A stretch of 64,000 nt of DNA from an uncultured Caldisericota bacterium (GTDB taxonomy: Bacteria > Caldisericota > Caldisericia > B22-G15): positions 75,272-139,271 of the forward strand of contig CAZXJJ010000003.1 in the NCBI GenBank assembly GCA_964640995.1, given 5' to 3'. How positions within the stretch are numbered: position 1 is the stretch's first letter; each line of letters begins with the position of its first letter. The position numbers and the translations under genes were made by a program. This document shows positions 31,593 to 39,485 of the stretch, piece by piece. The notes beneath the pieces are model-generated. The model did no database searches. It was not told where the DNA came from and was given only the letters and a program-made list of their open reading frames with translations.

Positions 31593-31620
31593 ATTATAAA
31601 AAGGATTATTTTTTTGTCAA
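31593..31620 (-). promoter_or_regulatory. Consensus sigma70 promoter of groESL
   Basis: TTGACA (31615-31620), 16-nt spacer, TATAAT (31593-31598) on the - strand. Confidence 0.88.
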
Positions 31621-31649
31621 GAGTTTTAATTTATACAAAATATGCTATA

Positions 31650-32156
31650 TTAACTCTCTTCTACCATCTCACTCCACTTTTTACTCAATTCATCTCTTCT
31701 TGGTTTATAGACTGCTTCAAAAAAATATCTTTGAGACAAAAGAATCCCTTTATCATAAGAAGAGACAATTTTAATTGCTTCTTTCCATGCCTCTTCGAAT
31801 TTCCCTTTAAATCTTCTCTCTATTTCTTTCTCAAAATCTTCTTCAGTTTGAATTTCTCCTCCAATTGTGTAATAAGTTTTTCCATCAATTTCTACTGCAT
31901 AGGCCATCTCATCACCAATTGTTTCAACTTTAAAAGTTTCTCTTATTTTCTTTAACTTATCTTCACTTACTTTTTTTCTTTTTAAAATTATCTCAGTTGG
32001 AGTTACCTCTTTTGCTCCTTTAAAACCTTTTTTTGCTGCTGCATAAAAAATTGCTCTATTTAATCCAAAACTTTTCGCAGTGCTTATATCTTTTCCTAAA
32101 ACATATGCTCTTGCTGCTTGAAGTGTTGCCATAACTTGAAATCTTCCAACTGCCAT
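31650..32156 (-). CDS. Uncharacterised protein coupled to the primase-ligase gene
   Basis: Start MAVGRFQVMATLQAARAY at 32156 with SD AAGGAGG that overlaps the stop of the upstream gene; sequence is clearly non-random (GLNRAIFYAAAKKG). Confidence 0.85.
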   Translation of the reverse strand: MAVGRFQVMATLQAARAYVLGKDISTAKSFGLNRAIFYAAAKKGFKGAKEVTPTEIILKRKKVSEDKLKKIRETFKVETIGDEMAYAVEIDGKTYYTIGGEIQTEEDFEKEIERRFKGKFEEAWKEAIKIVSSYDKGILLSQRYFFEAVYKPRRDELSKKWSEMVEES

Positions 32157-32158
32157 TT

Positions 32159-33451
32159 TTACCTCCTTACTCCTTTTATTTTTTTCCAATATAAAGTAAC
32201 AATCGGAGAATCTTTTCCAACAATATATTTGCTATTTATTTCTTTAATAACAATACCTTCATTACCTAAAGAGATACTTTCTCTTAAATCTTTTTCTAAA
32301 TCTTTAAGTTCTTTGAATTTTAAAATTTGAACTACCTCGCCAAATTTTAATGAATTTAAAATCTCCTTTCTTCTAAAAAGAGGTAAATCTCCTATAAATT
32401 CTCCCTTGTAATATATAATGTCAAAAATATAAATTATTGGTTTTGCTTTATAAGTTTCTGAAAAGAGTGATGGTATAAATCTTCTTCCTTTATCTGAATA
32501 GAGTTCTCCATCTAAAATTGTTCCATCAGGAACGTGCTCAAAAATTTCTTTTGAAATTTTCAACTTATCACTCCAATCAGGATTTTTCTCTAATCTTCTC
32601 CCATAGAAATAAACCTTACCTTTAACTTTAATTATCTCTAACCTCCAACCATCAATTTTTGGTTCAACAATCCACTCACCTTCTAATTTCTCTCCAAAAT
32701 ATTGAATTGGTTGCATTAGCCAAACTGGTTTTAAGGTTTCAAAAATTTCTTTACCTCTATTTAAAATAAAATTTAAAAGTTTTGTATCTTCTTCTCTTGT
32801 AGTCGGTTTATCTATCCAACATGAAACTCTATGAGACCTATTATTACTTTCTATTCCTTTTATGTTTTTTGTGCCGATAAATTTAACAATTCTTGGAAGA
32901 TCATACATATTATCAATTTTTAAATTAAGTTTTTTAATGTCTTCTTTAAATTTTTCTTTTATAAAATTTTCAAACCAAAGAAGCGCTTCTTCAACTTCAA
33001 ACCTATTTGAATCATTAATTTCAAAATAAGGTAGTACAAAAAATATATCAACACCATTTCCTGTAACTCCTATTAATGATTTTTTAAAACCTTCTTCTTT
33101 AAAAAAATTAATTATTTTGATTGAAAGAAAAATTGCTCTATTTAATTCCTCATCTGTTGATGGAAAGTTTTTTGGTCTAATTGGATCAATATCAATAACG
33201 GTAAGATTGAGCCCAACTATATCTTCTTTTTTTGCCGCATATTTTATATCTTCTTTCCTATCTCTTATTCCAACATAAATATTTCTTTTCCCATTAAAAT
33301 CAATACATGTTTTTAAAAAATCTTCCTCTTTTCTAACAAATTTAACAACAGGAAAGGATTCTTCTTTAAGCATCCATAATTCAGTAGGACCTTTGTGGTC
33401 AAGTAATTTATATGTAAATTTTAAATCTTCTATATTAATATCCTCACTCAT
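32159..33451 (-). CDS. AEP primase/polymerase-like domain fused to an ATP-dependent DNA ligase adenylation domain
   Basis: N-half: D87-I-D89, TGNGVD(130-135), D184-LPR..GTKN. C-half: motif I EPK265IDGWR, LDGEL, IFDII, EGIVIK, WKKIK; protein ends at residue 430. Confidence 0.85.
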   Translation of the reverse strand: MSEDINIEDLKFTYKLLDHKGPTELWMLKEESFPVVKFVRKEEDFLKTCIDFNGKRNIYVGIRDRKEDIKYAAKKEDIVGLNLTVIDIDPIRPKNFPSTDEELNRAIFLSIKIINFFKEEGFKKSLIGVTGNGVDIFFVLPYFEINDSNRFEVEEALLWFENFIKEKFKEDIKKLNLKIDNMYDLPRIVKFIGTKNIKGIESNNRSHRVSCWIDKPTTREEDTKLLNFILNRGKEIFETLKPVWLMQPIQYFGEKLEGEWIVEPKIDGWRLEIIKVKGKVYFYGRRLEKNPDWSDKLKISKEIFEHVPDGTILDGELYSDKGRRFIPSLFSETYKAKPIIYIFDIIYYKGEFIGDLPLFRRKEILNSLKFGEVVQILKFKELKDLEKDLRESISLGNEGIVIKEINSKYIVGKDSPIVTLYWKKIKGVRR

Positions 33452-33512
33452 TTCTCTTCAAATTTATTTTATAAAATTTTATGCTATAATAAAAAACTGT
33501 TACTTTAAAGAC

Positions 33513-34451
33513 ATGAAAGATATTGTTGATATATTAAAAAAAGAGATAACTTCTCTAAAAGATTTTTTGGAACTTGATTATATCTCCATAAAAACAAAAA
33601 GTGGAGATATTACAATTGGAGAAAATTTAAACAATTTTTATAAGTATAAAATGCAAATTGATGAATATACAACATTTGAAGCATCAAGAATAGAAGATTT
33701 TAATGAAAAAGAATTATCTGTTTTAAAATTTTTTGCAAAACTTATTTTTGATTCCTATTTTGTAAATGGATATTTAAATTTAATCAATATATCAAATGGC
33801 ACAGAAATAAATGGCTTTTATAAAGATATATATAACAGCAACATACAATTATTTAACAGCAACATACAATTTAAAGAAGAGTTGGTAAAAATTTTACTTG
33901 AAACAATTAAAGTAAAAGATGAAGAGACATATGAACACTCAATAGGTGTTGCATACTATTCAAAATTAATTGCATCAAAATTTTTTAATGATGAATATAA
34001 AGTTAGAGAAATTGAAATCGGAGCCCTTCTTCATGATATAGGAAAAATTTCTATAAAAGAGCAGATTCTTTTTAAACCATCAAAGTTAAGAGAAGATGAA
34101 TTTGAAATAATAAAAAAGCATCCAGAAATTGGATATAAAATTGTTTCAAAAAGTGAAATTTTAAAAGATATTGCAAATTATGTTCTATTACACCATGAAT
34201 GGATAAATGGAATGGGATATCCTTTTGGACTCAAAGGAGATCAAATTCCAGTTGAGGCACAAATTATTTCTGTTGCTGATTTTATTGAAGCAAATCTTCA
34301 TGGCAGAAATTATGCAACAAGAAAAACAGTTTCTGAGGTTATAAAAGAGTTAAACTCACTTAAAGGAATAAAGTTTATAAAAGAAATTGTTGATTTAGCA
34401 AACGAAGTACTTGAAATAATAGAGGAAGAGGGTGAAAGTATTATATATTAA
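33513..34451 (+). CDS. HD-GYP domain protein (c-di-GMP phosphodiesterase family)
   Basis: TYEHSIGVA, LLHDIGK, HHEWINGMGYP, ISVAD; start moved to the ATG at 33513 (extended -10 TGCTATAAT at 33482-33490). Confidence 0.9.
   Translation: MKDIVDILKKEITSLKDFLELDYISIKTKSGDITIGENLNNFYKYKMQIDEYTTFEASRIEDFNEKELSVLKFFAKLIFDSYFVNGYLNLINISNGTEINGFYKDIYNSNIQLFNSNIQFKEELVKILLETIKVKDEETYEHSIGVAYYSKLIASKFFNDEYKVREIEIGALLHDIGKISIKEQILFKPSKLREDEFEIIKKHPEIGYKIVSKSEILKDIANYVLLHHEWINGMGYPFGLKGDQIPVEAQIISVADFIEANLHGRNYATRKTVSEVIKELNSLKGIKFIKEIVDLANEVLEIIEEEGESIIY
33833..33871 (+). repeat. In-frame tandem duplication (18-nt identical unit, 21-nt period)
   Basis: TAACAGCAACATACAATT at 33833-33850 and 33854-33871, giving YNSNIQL-FNSNIQF. 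Confidence 0.9.
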
Positions 34452-34830
34452 ATCAAGAAAAAGAATTGAAGCGATTGATATTACAGATTCAGTTTTAAAT
34501 TTTGTTAAAGAAAGTGTAATTAAAGATGGAATTCTTGTAATTTATATACCACATACAACAGCTGGTTTGACTATAAATGAAAATGCTGATCCAAGTGTTA
34601 TAGAAGATATTTTAAATAAAACAAGCGAACTTGTTCCAAGGTCATTTAATTATAAACATCTTGAAGGAAATGCTGATTCTCATATAAAATCCTCAATTTT
34701 TGGTGTATCTCATCAACTATTAATTGAAGATGGAAAGGTTTTACTTGGAACTTGGCAAGGAATATTTTTCCTTGAATTCGATGGACCTAGAGAAAGAAAG
34801 GTATATTTGAAAATTATAAAGAATGGATGA
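34432..34830 (+). CDS. yjbQ: YjbQ/UPF0047 family (secondary thiamine-phosphate synthase)
   Basis: PHTTAGLTINENADP, HLEGNADSHIKS, LGTWQGIFFLEFDGPR. Confidence 0.93.
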   Translation: MKVLYIKSRKRIEAIDITDSVLNFVKESVIKDGILVIYIPHTTAGLTINENADPSVIEDILNKTSELVPRSFNYKHLEGNADSHIKSSIFGVSHQLLIEDGKVLLGTWQGIFFLEFDGPRERKVYLKIIKNG

Positions 34831-35338
34831 AAACTCTTGTTTGATAATAATTGGGGAGGGATGTATTCCAACAGACTTTCCAAAAAGTGATTCTGTTGAA
34901 TTTTTGAAACTCAAATCGAAAATAGATTCCTATTTAGAGTTAAATGATGATGAAAAAAAATTTGAGAAACTAAAAATAAGATTTAAAAATTGGAAAAGAA
35001 ATTTCAGAAATGATGAATATTACCATTCAATATTAGATTTAACAGATTTTGTTTCATCTAAATATAAAATAAAAACCTTTTACTCATTTCTTGACTATTG
35101 TGAACCAGATTTATTTAAATCAATAGAAGATGCAATAAATTCAAAATATAAAAGAATTTATATAATATCAACAAAATTAATTTTAAAAAAAGAAAATATT
35201 CTTAAAGTTCAAGATACACTTAAATTTGTAAAAATGAAACATAAAGATGTTGAGATAGTTTATTTATTAAAACTAAACTTTGATGAAATCTCTGAATTCT
35301 TAATAAATTTTATTAAAAGAAGAGGTAAAGAGATTTGA
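34823..35338 (+). CDS. CbiX/SirB-like chelatase-fold protein, degenerate
   Basis: IPTDFP..WKRNFRND.Y..FLDYCEPDL pattern resembles a CbiX/SirB N-domain subfamily; the usual His ligands are not evident. Confidence 0.55.
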   Translation: MDENSCLIIIGEGCIPTDFPKSDSVEFLKLKSKIDSYLELNDDEKKFEKLKIRFKNWKRNFRNDEYYHSILDLTDFVSSKYKIKTFYSFLDYCEPDLFKSIEDAINSKYKRIYIISTKLILKKENILKVQDTLKFVKMKHKDVEIVYLLKLNFDEISEFLINFIKRRGKEI

Positions 35339-36225
35339 TAATAAAAATTGTATCATTTTTAATTTTAATCTTTCTTGGATTTTTTTTAAAAAAAATAAAG
35401 TTTTTAAATGAAAATGAGGGTGAGTTATTAAGAAAAATTTTATTTAATGTATCTCTTCCATCTCTTGTTATGTATTCAATTATAACTTCAAATTTTACAG
35501 GAAATTTTTATAAAATTTTCTTGATTGTACCTTTATCAATGATAATTCAATTTATAATTGCATTTTTAATAGGAAATGTATATTTCAAAGATAAAAAAGA
35601 ACTTGCAACTTTAATTTTAATCTCAGTTATGGGTAATACTGCTTTCCTTGGATACCCTCTTGTTGAAATGTTTTTTAGTTCAAAGAATCTCCCATTTGGA
35701 ATTTTTTATGATCAGGTTCATTTTTATACTTTTCTAATACTTATCTACCCTCTTTTAACATTTATTTCAAAAAGCGAAAATAGGAGTTTAAAATCTTCAT
35801 TTATAACTCCTCCTGTAATTGCTTTTCTTGTATCTCTTATCTTAAGAAATTTTTTTATACCTCAAGTTGTTATTGAATCATTAAACATATTAAAGCAATC
35901 AGTAACTCCACTTGTTCTTCTTTATCTTGGAATTAATCTTGATCTTAACATTTCAAAAAAAGATCTATCTTATTTAATTCCAGTAATTATCCTTAAACTT
36001 ATAGTTTTACCCTATATAACACTTTATATTTCTAACCTATTTAAAGCAGAATCAATAATTAAAAGTGTGTCTTTACTTCAATCAATGATGCCAACAATGA
36101 TGGCAACAATTATCTTTGGTTCTCAAATAGGACTAAATAGAAAAATAATAGCAAAGGCAGTCGGTATAACAACTATTATATCATCGATCACAATAACTAT
36201 TTTATCAAAGGCTTTAATAGGTTAA
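35335..36225 (+). CDS. AEC (auxin efflux carrier) family transporter
   Basis: About ten TM segments; VSLPSL, MGNTAFLGYPL, LLYLG, LQSMMPT. Confidence 0.9.
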   Translation: MIIKIVSFLILIFLGFFLKKIKFLNENEGELLRKILFNVSLPSLVMYSIITSNFTGNFYKIFLIVPLSMIIQFIIAFLIGNVYFKDKKELATLILISVMGNTAFLGYPLVEMFFSSKNLPFGIFYDQVHFYTFLILIYPLLTFISKSENRSLKSSFITPPVIAFLVSLILRNFFIPQVVIESLNILKQSVTPLVLLYLGINLDLNISKKDLSYLIPVIILKLIVLPYITLYISNLFKAESIIKSVSLLQSMMPTMMATIIFGSQIGLNRKIIAKAVGITTIISSITITILSKALIG

Positions 36226-36269
36226 AATAAATAAAGTGATTTAATACCAAAAAGAAAAGGAGGTGAGAG

Positions 36270-37280
36270 ATGGAAAGATTAAGAGAAGAGATTCTTTTTA
36301 TTCTCTCAAGAAAGAATACAGATTTTTTTGAAATAGTTTCAAAAAGTAACTTTACTGCTAAAGGAGTTTTAGATGAATTAAAAAAATTAAAAGATGAGGG
36401 TTTAATTGAAGAGAAAAATGGAGTTTTCGAATTAAAAGAGAAAATTGAAGTAAAAATTTCAACTGATTTTATTTGTGATAAATGTAAAGGAAGAAGAGTT
36501 TATGATAAGGGTGGTTTATGGGATAATCTGAAGAAAAAATATGAAGAGATTGCTAAATTAAGACCTCGCCCTGTTCAAGTTTATGACCAGGGAGTAATTG
36601 ACTCTGAAACTGCAATTGGAAGGTTTTTATATATGTTAACAAGAGGTGATATATATAAAAAGAAAATTTTAATTTTGGGGGATGATGATTTAATGGGAAT
36701 ATTATTATCTTTATCAGATATAACAGATGAAATAGTTGTTCTTGAAATTGATAAGAGACTGGTTAATTTTATAAATGATATTAAAAAAGAATACAAATTA
36801 AATAACCTGATAGCTTATGAGTATGATGCAAGAGAAAAACTTCCAGATGATTTAGTTGATAAGTTTGACACTTTCTTTACTGATCCAGTTGAAACAGTTG
36901 AAGGTCTACTCATTTTTGTTTCAAGAACTCTAATGGGTCTTAAAGGAAAAGAAAATGCTGGCTATTTTGGACTAACCTCAATTGAGTCTAATGGAGAAAA
37001 GTGGCTTAAGATTCAAAAAGAATTAAATGATATGAATCTTGTAATAACTGATATTGTAAGGAATTTTTCATTTTATGAACTTGGAGATGATATTTTAAAG
37101 AGCGATCTTTTGATAGTAAAAGAAAATCCTTTCAACATTCAAAATCCTAAATTTTACTGGTATAACTCTCACCTTTATAGAGTTGAAGTTGTTGGAACAA
37201 AGAAACCAAAATACATACAAAGTGTTAATATAGGAAGAGAATTATATTTTGATGAATATACATATGTTGTAACACCATGA
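36270..37280 (+). CDS. bpsA: Branched-chain polyamine synthase (N4-bis(aminopropyl)spermidine synthase)
   Basis: CDKCKG zinc-like motif, YDQG, ILGDDDL, EIDKRL, YDAREKLP, FDTFFTDPVET, GYFG (DUF43/BpsA pattern). Confidence 0.88.
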   Translation: MERLREEILFILSRKNTDFFEIVSKSNFTAKGVLDELKKLKDEGLIEEKNGVFELKEKIEVKISTDFICDKCKGRRVYDKGGLWDNLKKKYEEIAKLRPRPVQVYDQGVIDSETAIGRFLYMLTRGDIYKKKILILGDDDLMGILLSLSDITDEIVVLEIDKRLVNFINDIKKEYKLNNLIAYEYDAREKLPDDLVDKFDTFFTDPVETVEGLLIFVSRTLMGLKGKENAGYFGLTSIESNGEKWLKIQKELNDMNLVITDIVRNFSFYELGDDILKSDLLIVKENPFNIQNPKFYWYNSHLYRVEVVGTKKPKYIQSVNIGRELYFDEYTYVVTP

Positions 37281-38443
37281 GTAATGAAAATATTTTATTA
37301 AGGCCCTTCTGGGCTGAAATTAATCTTGACAATTTAAAGAGAAATTACCTTTTTTTAAGGAGTGTAATTAAAGATAAAAAATTAATTTCTGTTGTCAAAG
37401 CAGATGCTTATGGTCATGGTGCTCCTGAAATAGCAGTAGAACTTGAGTCTTTGGGTAGCGACTACTTTGCAGTCGCTACCCTTGAAGAGGGGGTTGAGTT
37501 AAGAACAAACGGTATATCAAAACCAATTCTTATATTTGGATACATTTTTCCAAAACAGGTTGACTATATTGTAAATTTTTCTTTAACTCCAACAGTTTAT
37601 TCAATTGATTTTGTAAAAGAACTTGACAAAATTTGCAAAATAACAAGAGAAAGAGCGAATGTTCATATTAAAATAGACACTGGAATGGGAAGAGTTGGTA
37701 TTCTCTGGAATGAGGCAATTCCATTTATAAAAGAGGTGTTTAAATATAAAAATATAAATGTTGAGGGTCTATATGCTCATTTTTCTTCAGCAGATGAAAA
37801 GGATAAAACCTTCACAAGAATTCAATATGAAAGATTTATGAAAGTGCTAGATGAACTAAAAAAAGAGAAAATTGAGATTCCTCTTAAACATCATGGAAAT
37901 TCAGCAACAGTAATTGACCTTCCAGATTATATTTTAGATGGAGTAAGATGTGGAATCTCTCTTTATGGTTTAAGACCCTCTGAAGAGGTTAAAAAGGTAA
38001 AACTTTTTCCTGTAATGAGTTTGCATTCAAAAATAATTTTCTTAAAAAAGGTTCCAGAAGGGACTCCAATAAGTTATGGAAGAACTTACACAACAAAGAA
38101 AGAGAGTTTAATTGCTACACTTCCTTTTGGTTATGCAGATGGTTATCCAAGAATTTTATCAAACAGAGGTGTTGTACTTTACAAAGGAAAGAGAGCAAAA
38201 ATAGTTGGAAGAGTAACTATGGACCAAGTTATGATAGATTTAACAAAATTTAAAGAAGCTAGAGTTGGAGATGATGTTATAATAATGGGTAAAGATGGAA
38301 AAGAAGAGATAACTGCTGATGAGATTGCAAAAAAATGTAAAACAATTAACTATGAGATTGTCACAAGAATTGGAAAAAGAGTGCCAAGAGTGTATATTAA
38401 GAATGGAGAAGTTATTAAAATTAAAACTCTTTTAGATAGATAA
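37277..38443 (+). CDS. alr: Alanine racemase
   Basis: VVKADAYGHG (PLP Lys), KIDTGMGRVG, ISYG, GYADGY, GRVTMDQ, INYEI. Confidence 0.98.
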   Translation: MSNENILLRPFWAEINLDNLKRNYLFLRSVIKDKKLISVVKADAYGHGAPEIAVELESLGSDYFAVATLEEGVELRTNGISKPILIFGYIFPKQVDYIVNFSLTPTVYSIDFVKELDKICKITRERANVHIKIDTGMGRVGILWNEAIPFIKEVFKYKNINVEGLYAHFSSADEKDKTFTRIQYERFMKVLDELKKEKIEIPLKHHGNSATVIDLPDYILDGVRCGISLYGLRPSEEVKKVKLFPVMSLHSKIIFLKKVPEGTPISYGRTYTTKKESLIATLPFGYADGYPRILSNRGVVLYKGKRAKIVGRVTMDQVMIDLTKFKEARVGDDVIIMGKDGKEEITADEIAKKCKTINYEIVTRIGKRVPRVYIKNGEVIKIKTLLDR

Positions 38444-38453
38444 GGAGGAAAAG

Positions 38454-39485
38454 ATGGAAAAGAAAAAATTTGTTAAAAAAAGTGAAAATAGTTTGAAAAC
38501 ATATTTTATCATTACAGGTATAATTATTGTTGCCTTTGTTTTGCTTATTTCATTATTAAATTTACCTAACAGAGAAATTTCTCTTGATAAAGCTCTTAAA
38601 GAACTTTTTGGAAAAGATTATAAAGTTTTAGAATCAAAAAGTTTCTCCTTGCCTGAAGATCCAAATTTTGCTTTATCTATTGACACAGTTGTCAATTCAA
38701 AAGGAACAATAATCGGAAAATATTCCCTTCTTACTATTAAAGATTTGTCACTTAAAAATGTTGATAATACTATTAAACTTGTTGTTACATTTGATGATAA
38801 AGGAAAAATTTATAAGATAAAGCCTTTAAGTAAAATAAAAACAGATAAAGAGACAAATTGGGATGAATATTTCTTAAAATTTTCTGGAAAAGATTATAAA
38901 GATTTACTAAGTACAGCGATACCGCTTCCTTCCGAAAGCTCCCAACTTGCAACAAATTTAAAAGATAAATTAATAAAATGTGCAGCGATTTCATACATCA
39001 GTGAATATGGCATTGAAGCATACACCTCTTTAAAACCAACTCAAAAAGAAAACGAAACAAATAGATTATTAATTGGTGATAAAATCCCATCTTTTGAAGC
39101 AACAGATATAAATGGAGAGACAATCTCAAGTGAATCAATAAAAGGCAAAAAAACAATAATTATCTCAACGAACGCAACATGTGGCACATGTATTGATAAA
39201 ACACACGCTTTTGATGAACTTATTTATAAAATTGGTAAAAACAAAAATTTCAACTATATACTTATTTCTGAAACATCAAAAGAAAAAACAATTAATGAAT
39301 ATTTAACAAAAACTAAAAACAGAAATATGAAAATAATAATAGATACTTCACAAGAACTTCTCAGAAAACTAACAATTGAATTTGTACCAGATATATTATT
39401 TGTTGATTTGGATGGAACAATTGTTTTTCACAACTTTCCGACATCTCAAGATATTGAACAAAGATTAATTGAATTTCTAAAATGA
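38454..39485 (+). CDS. Membrane-anchored protein with FMN-binding-like region and C-terminal TlpA-like thioredoxin domain
   Basis: TM helix; middle region resembles RnfG/FMN_bind; C-terminal IGDKIPSFEATDINGE..CGTC..VPDILFVDLDG. Confidence 0.7.
   Translation: MEKKKFVKKSENSLKTYFIITGIIIVAFVLLISLLNLPNREISLDKALKELFGKDYKVLESKSFSLPEDPNFALSIDTVVNSKGTIIGKYSLLTIKDLSLKNVDNTIKLVVTFDDKGKIYKIKPLSKIKTDKETNWDEYFLKFSGKDYKDLLSTAIPLPSESSQLATNLKDKLIKCAAISYISEYGIEAYTSLKPTQKENETNRLLIGDKIPSFEATDINGETISSESIKGKKTIIISTNATCGTCIDKTHAFDELIYKIGKNKNFNYILISETSKEKTINEYLTKTKNRNMKIIIDTSQELLRKLTIEFVPDILFVDLDGTIVFHNFPTSQDIEQRLIEFLK

Noticed and set aside
31650-32156. Possibility that the ligase partner is Ku
   Set aside because: It is shorter than typical bacterial Ku and has no recognisable Ku core motifs; kept as an unknown.
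33393-33512. Upstream extensions of called ORFs (33393, 53077, 9702, 10468, 27543, 32189, 61193)
   Set aside because: The extensions overlap neighbouring genes or promoters; downstream ATGs have better SD or promoter context and match the expected family starts.
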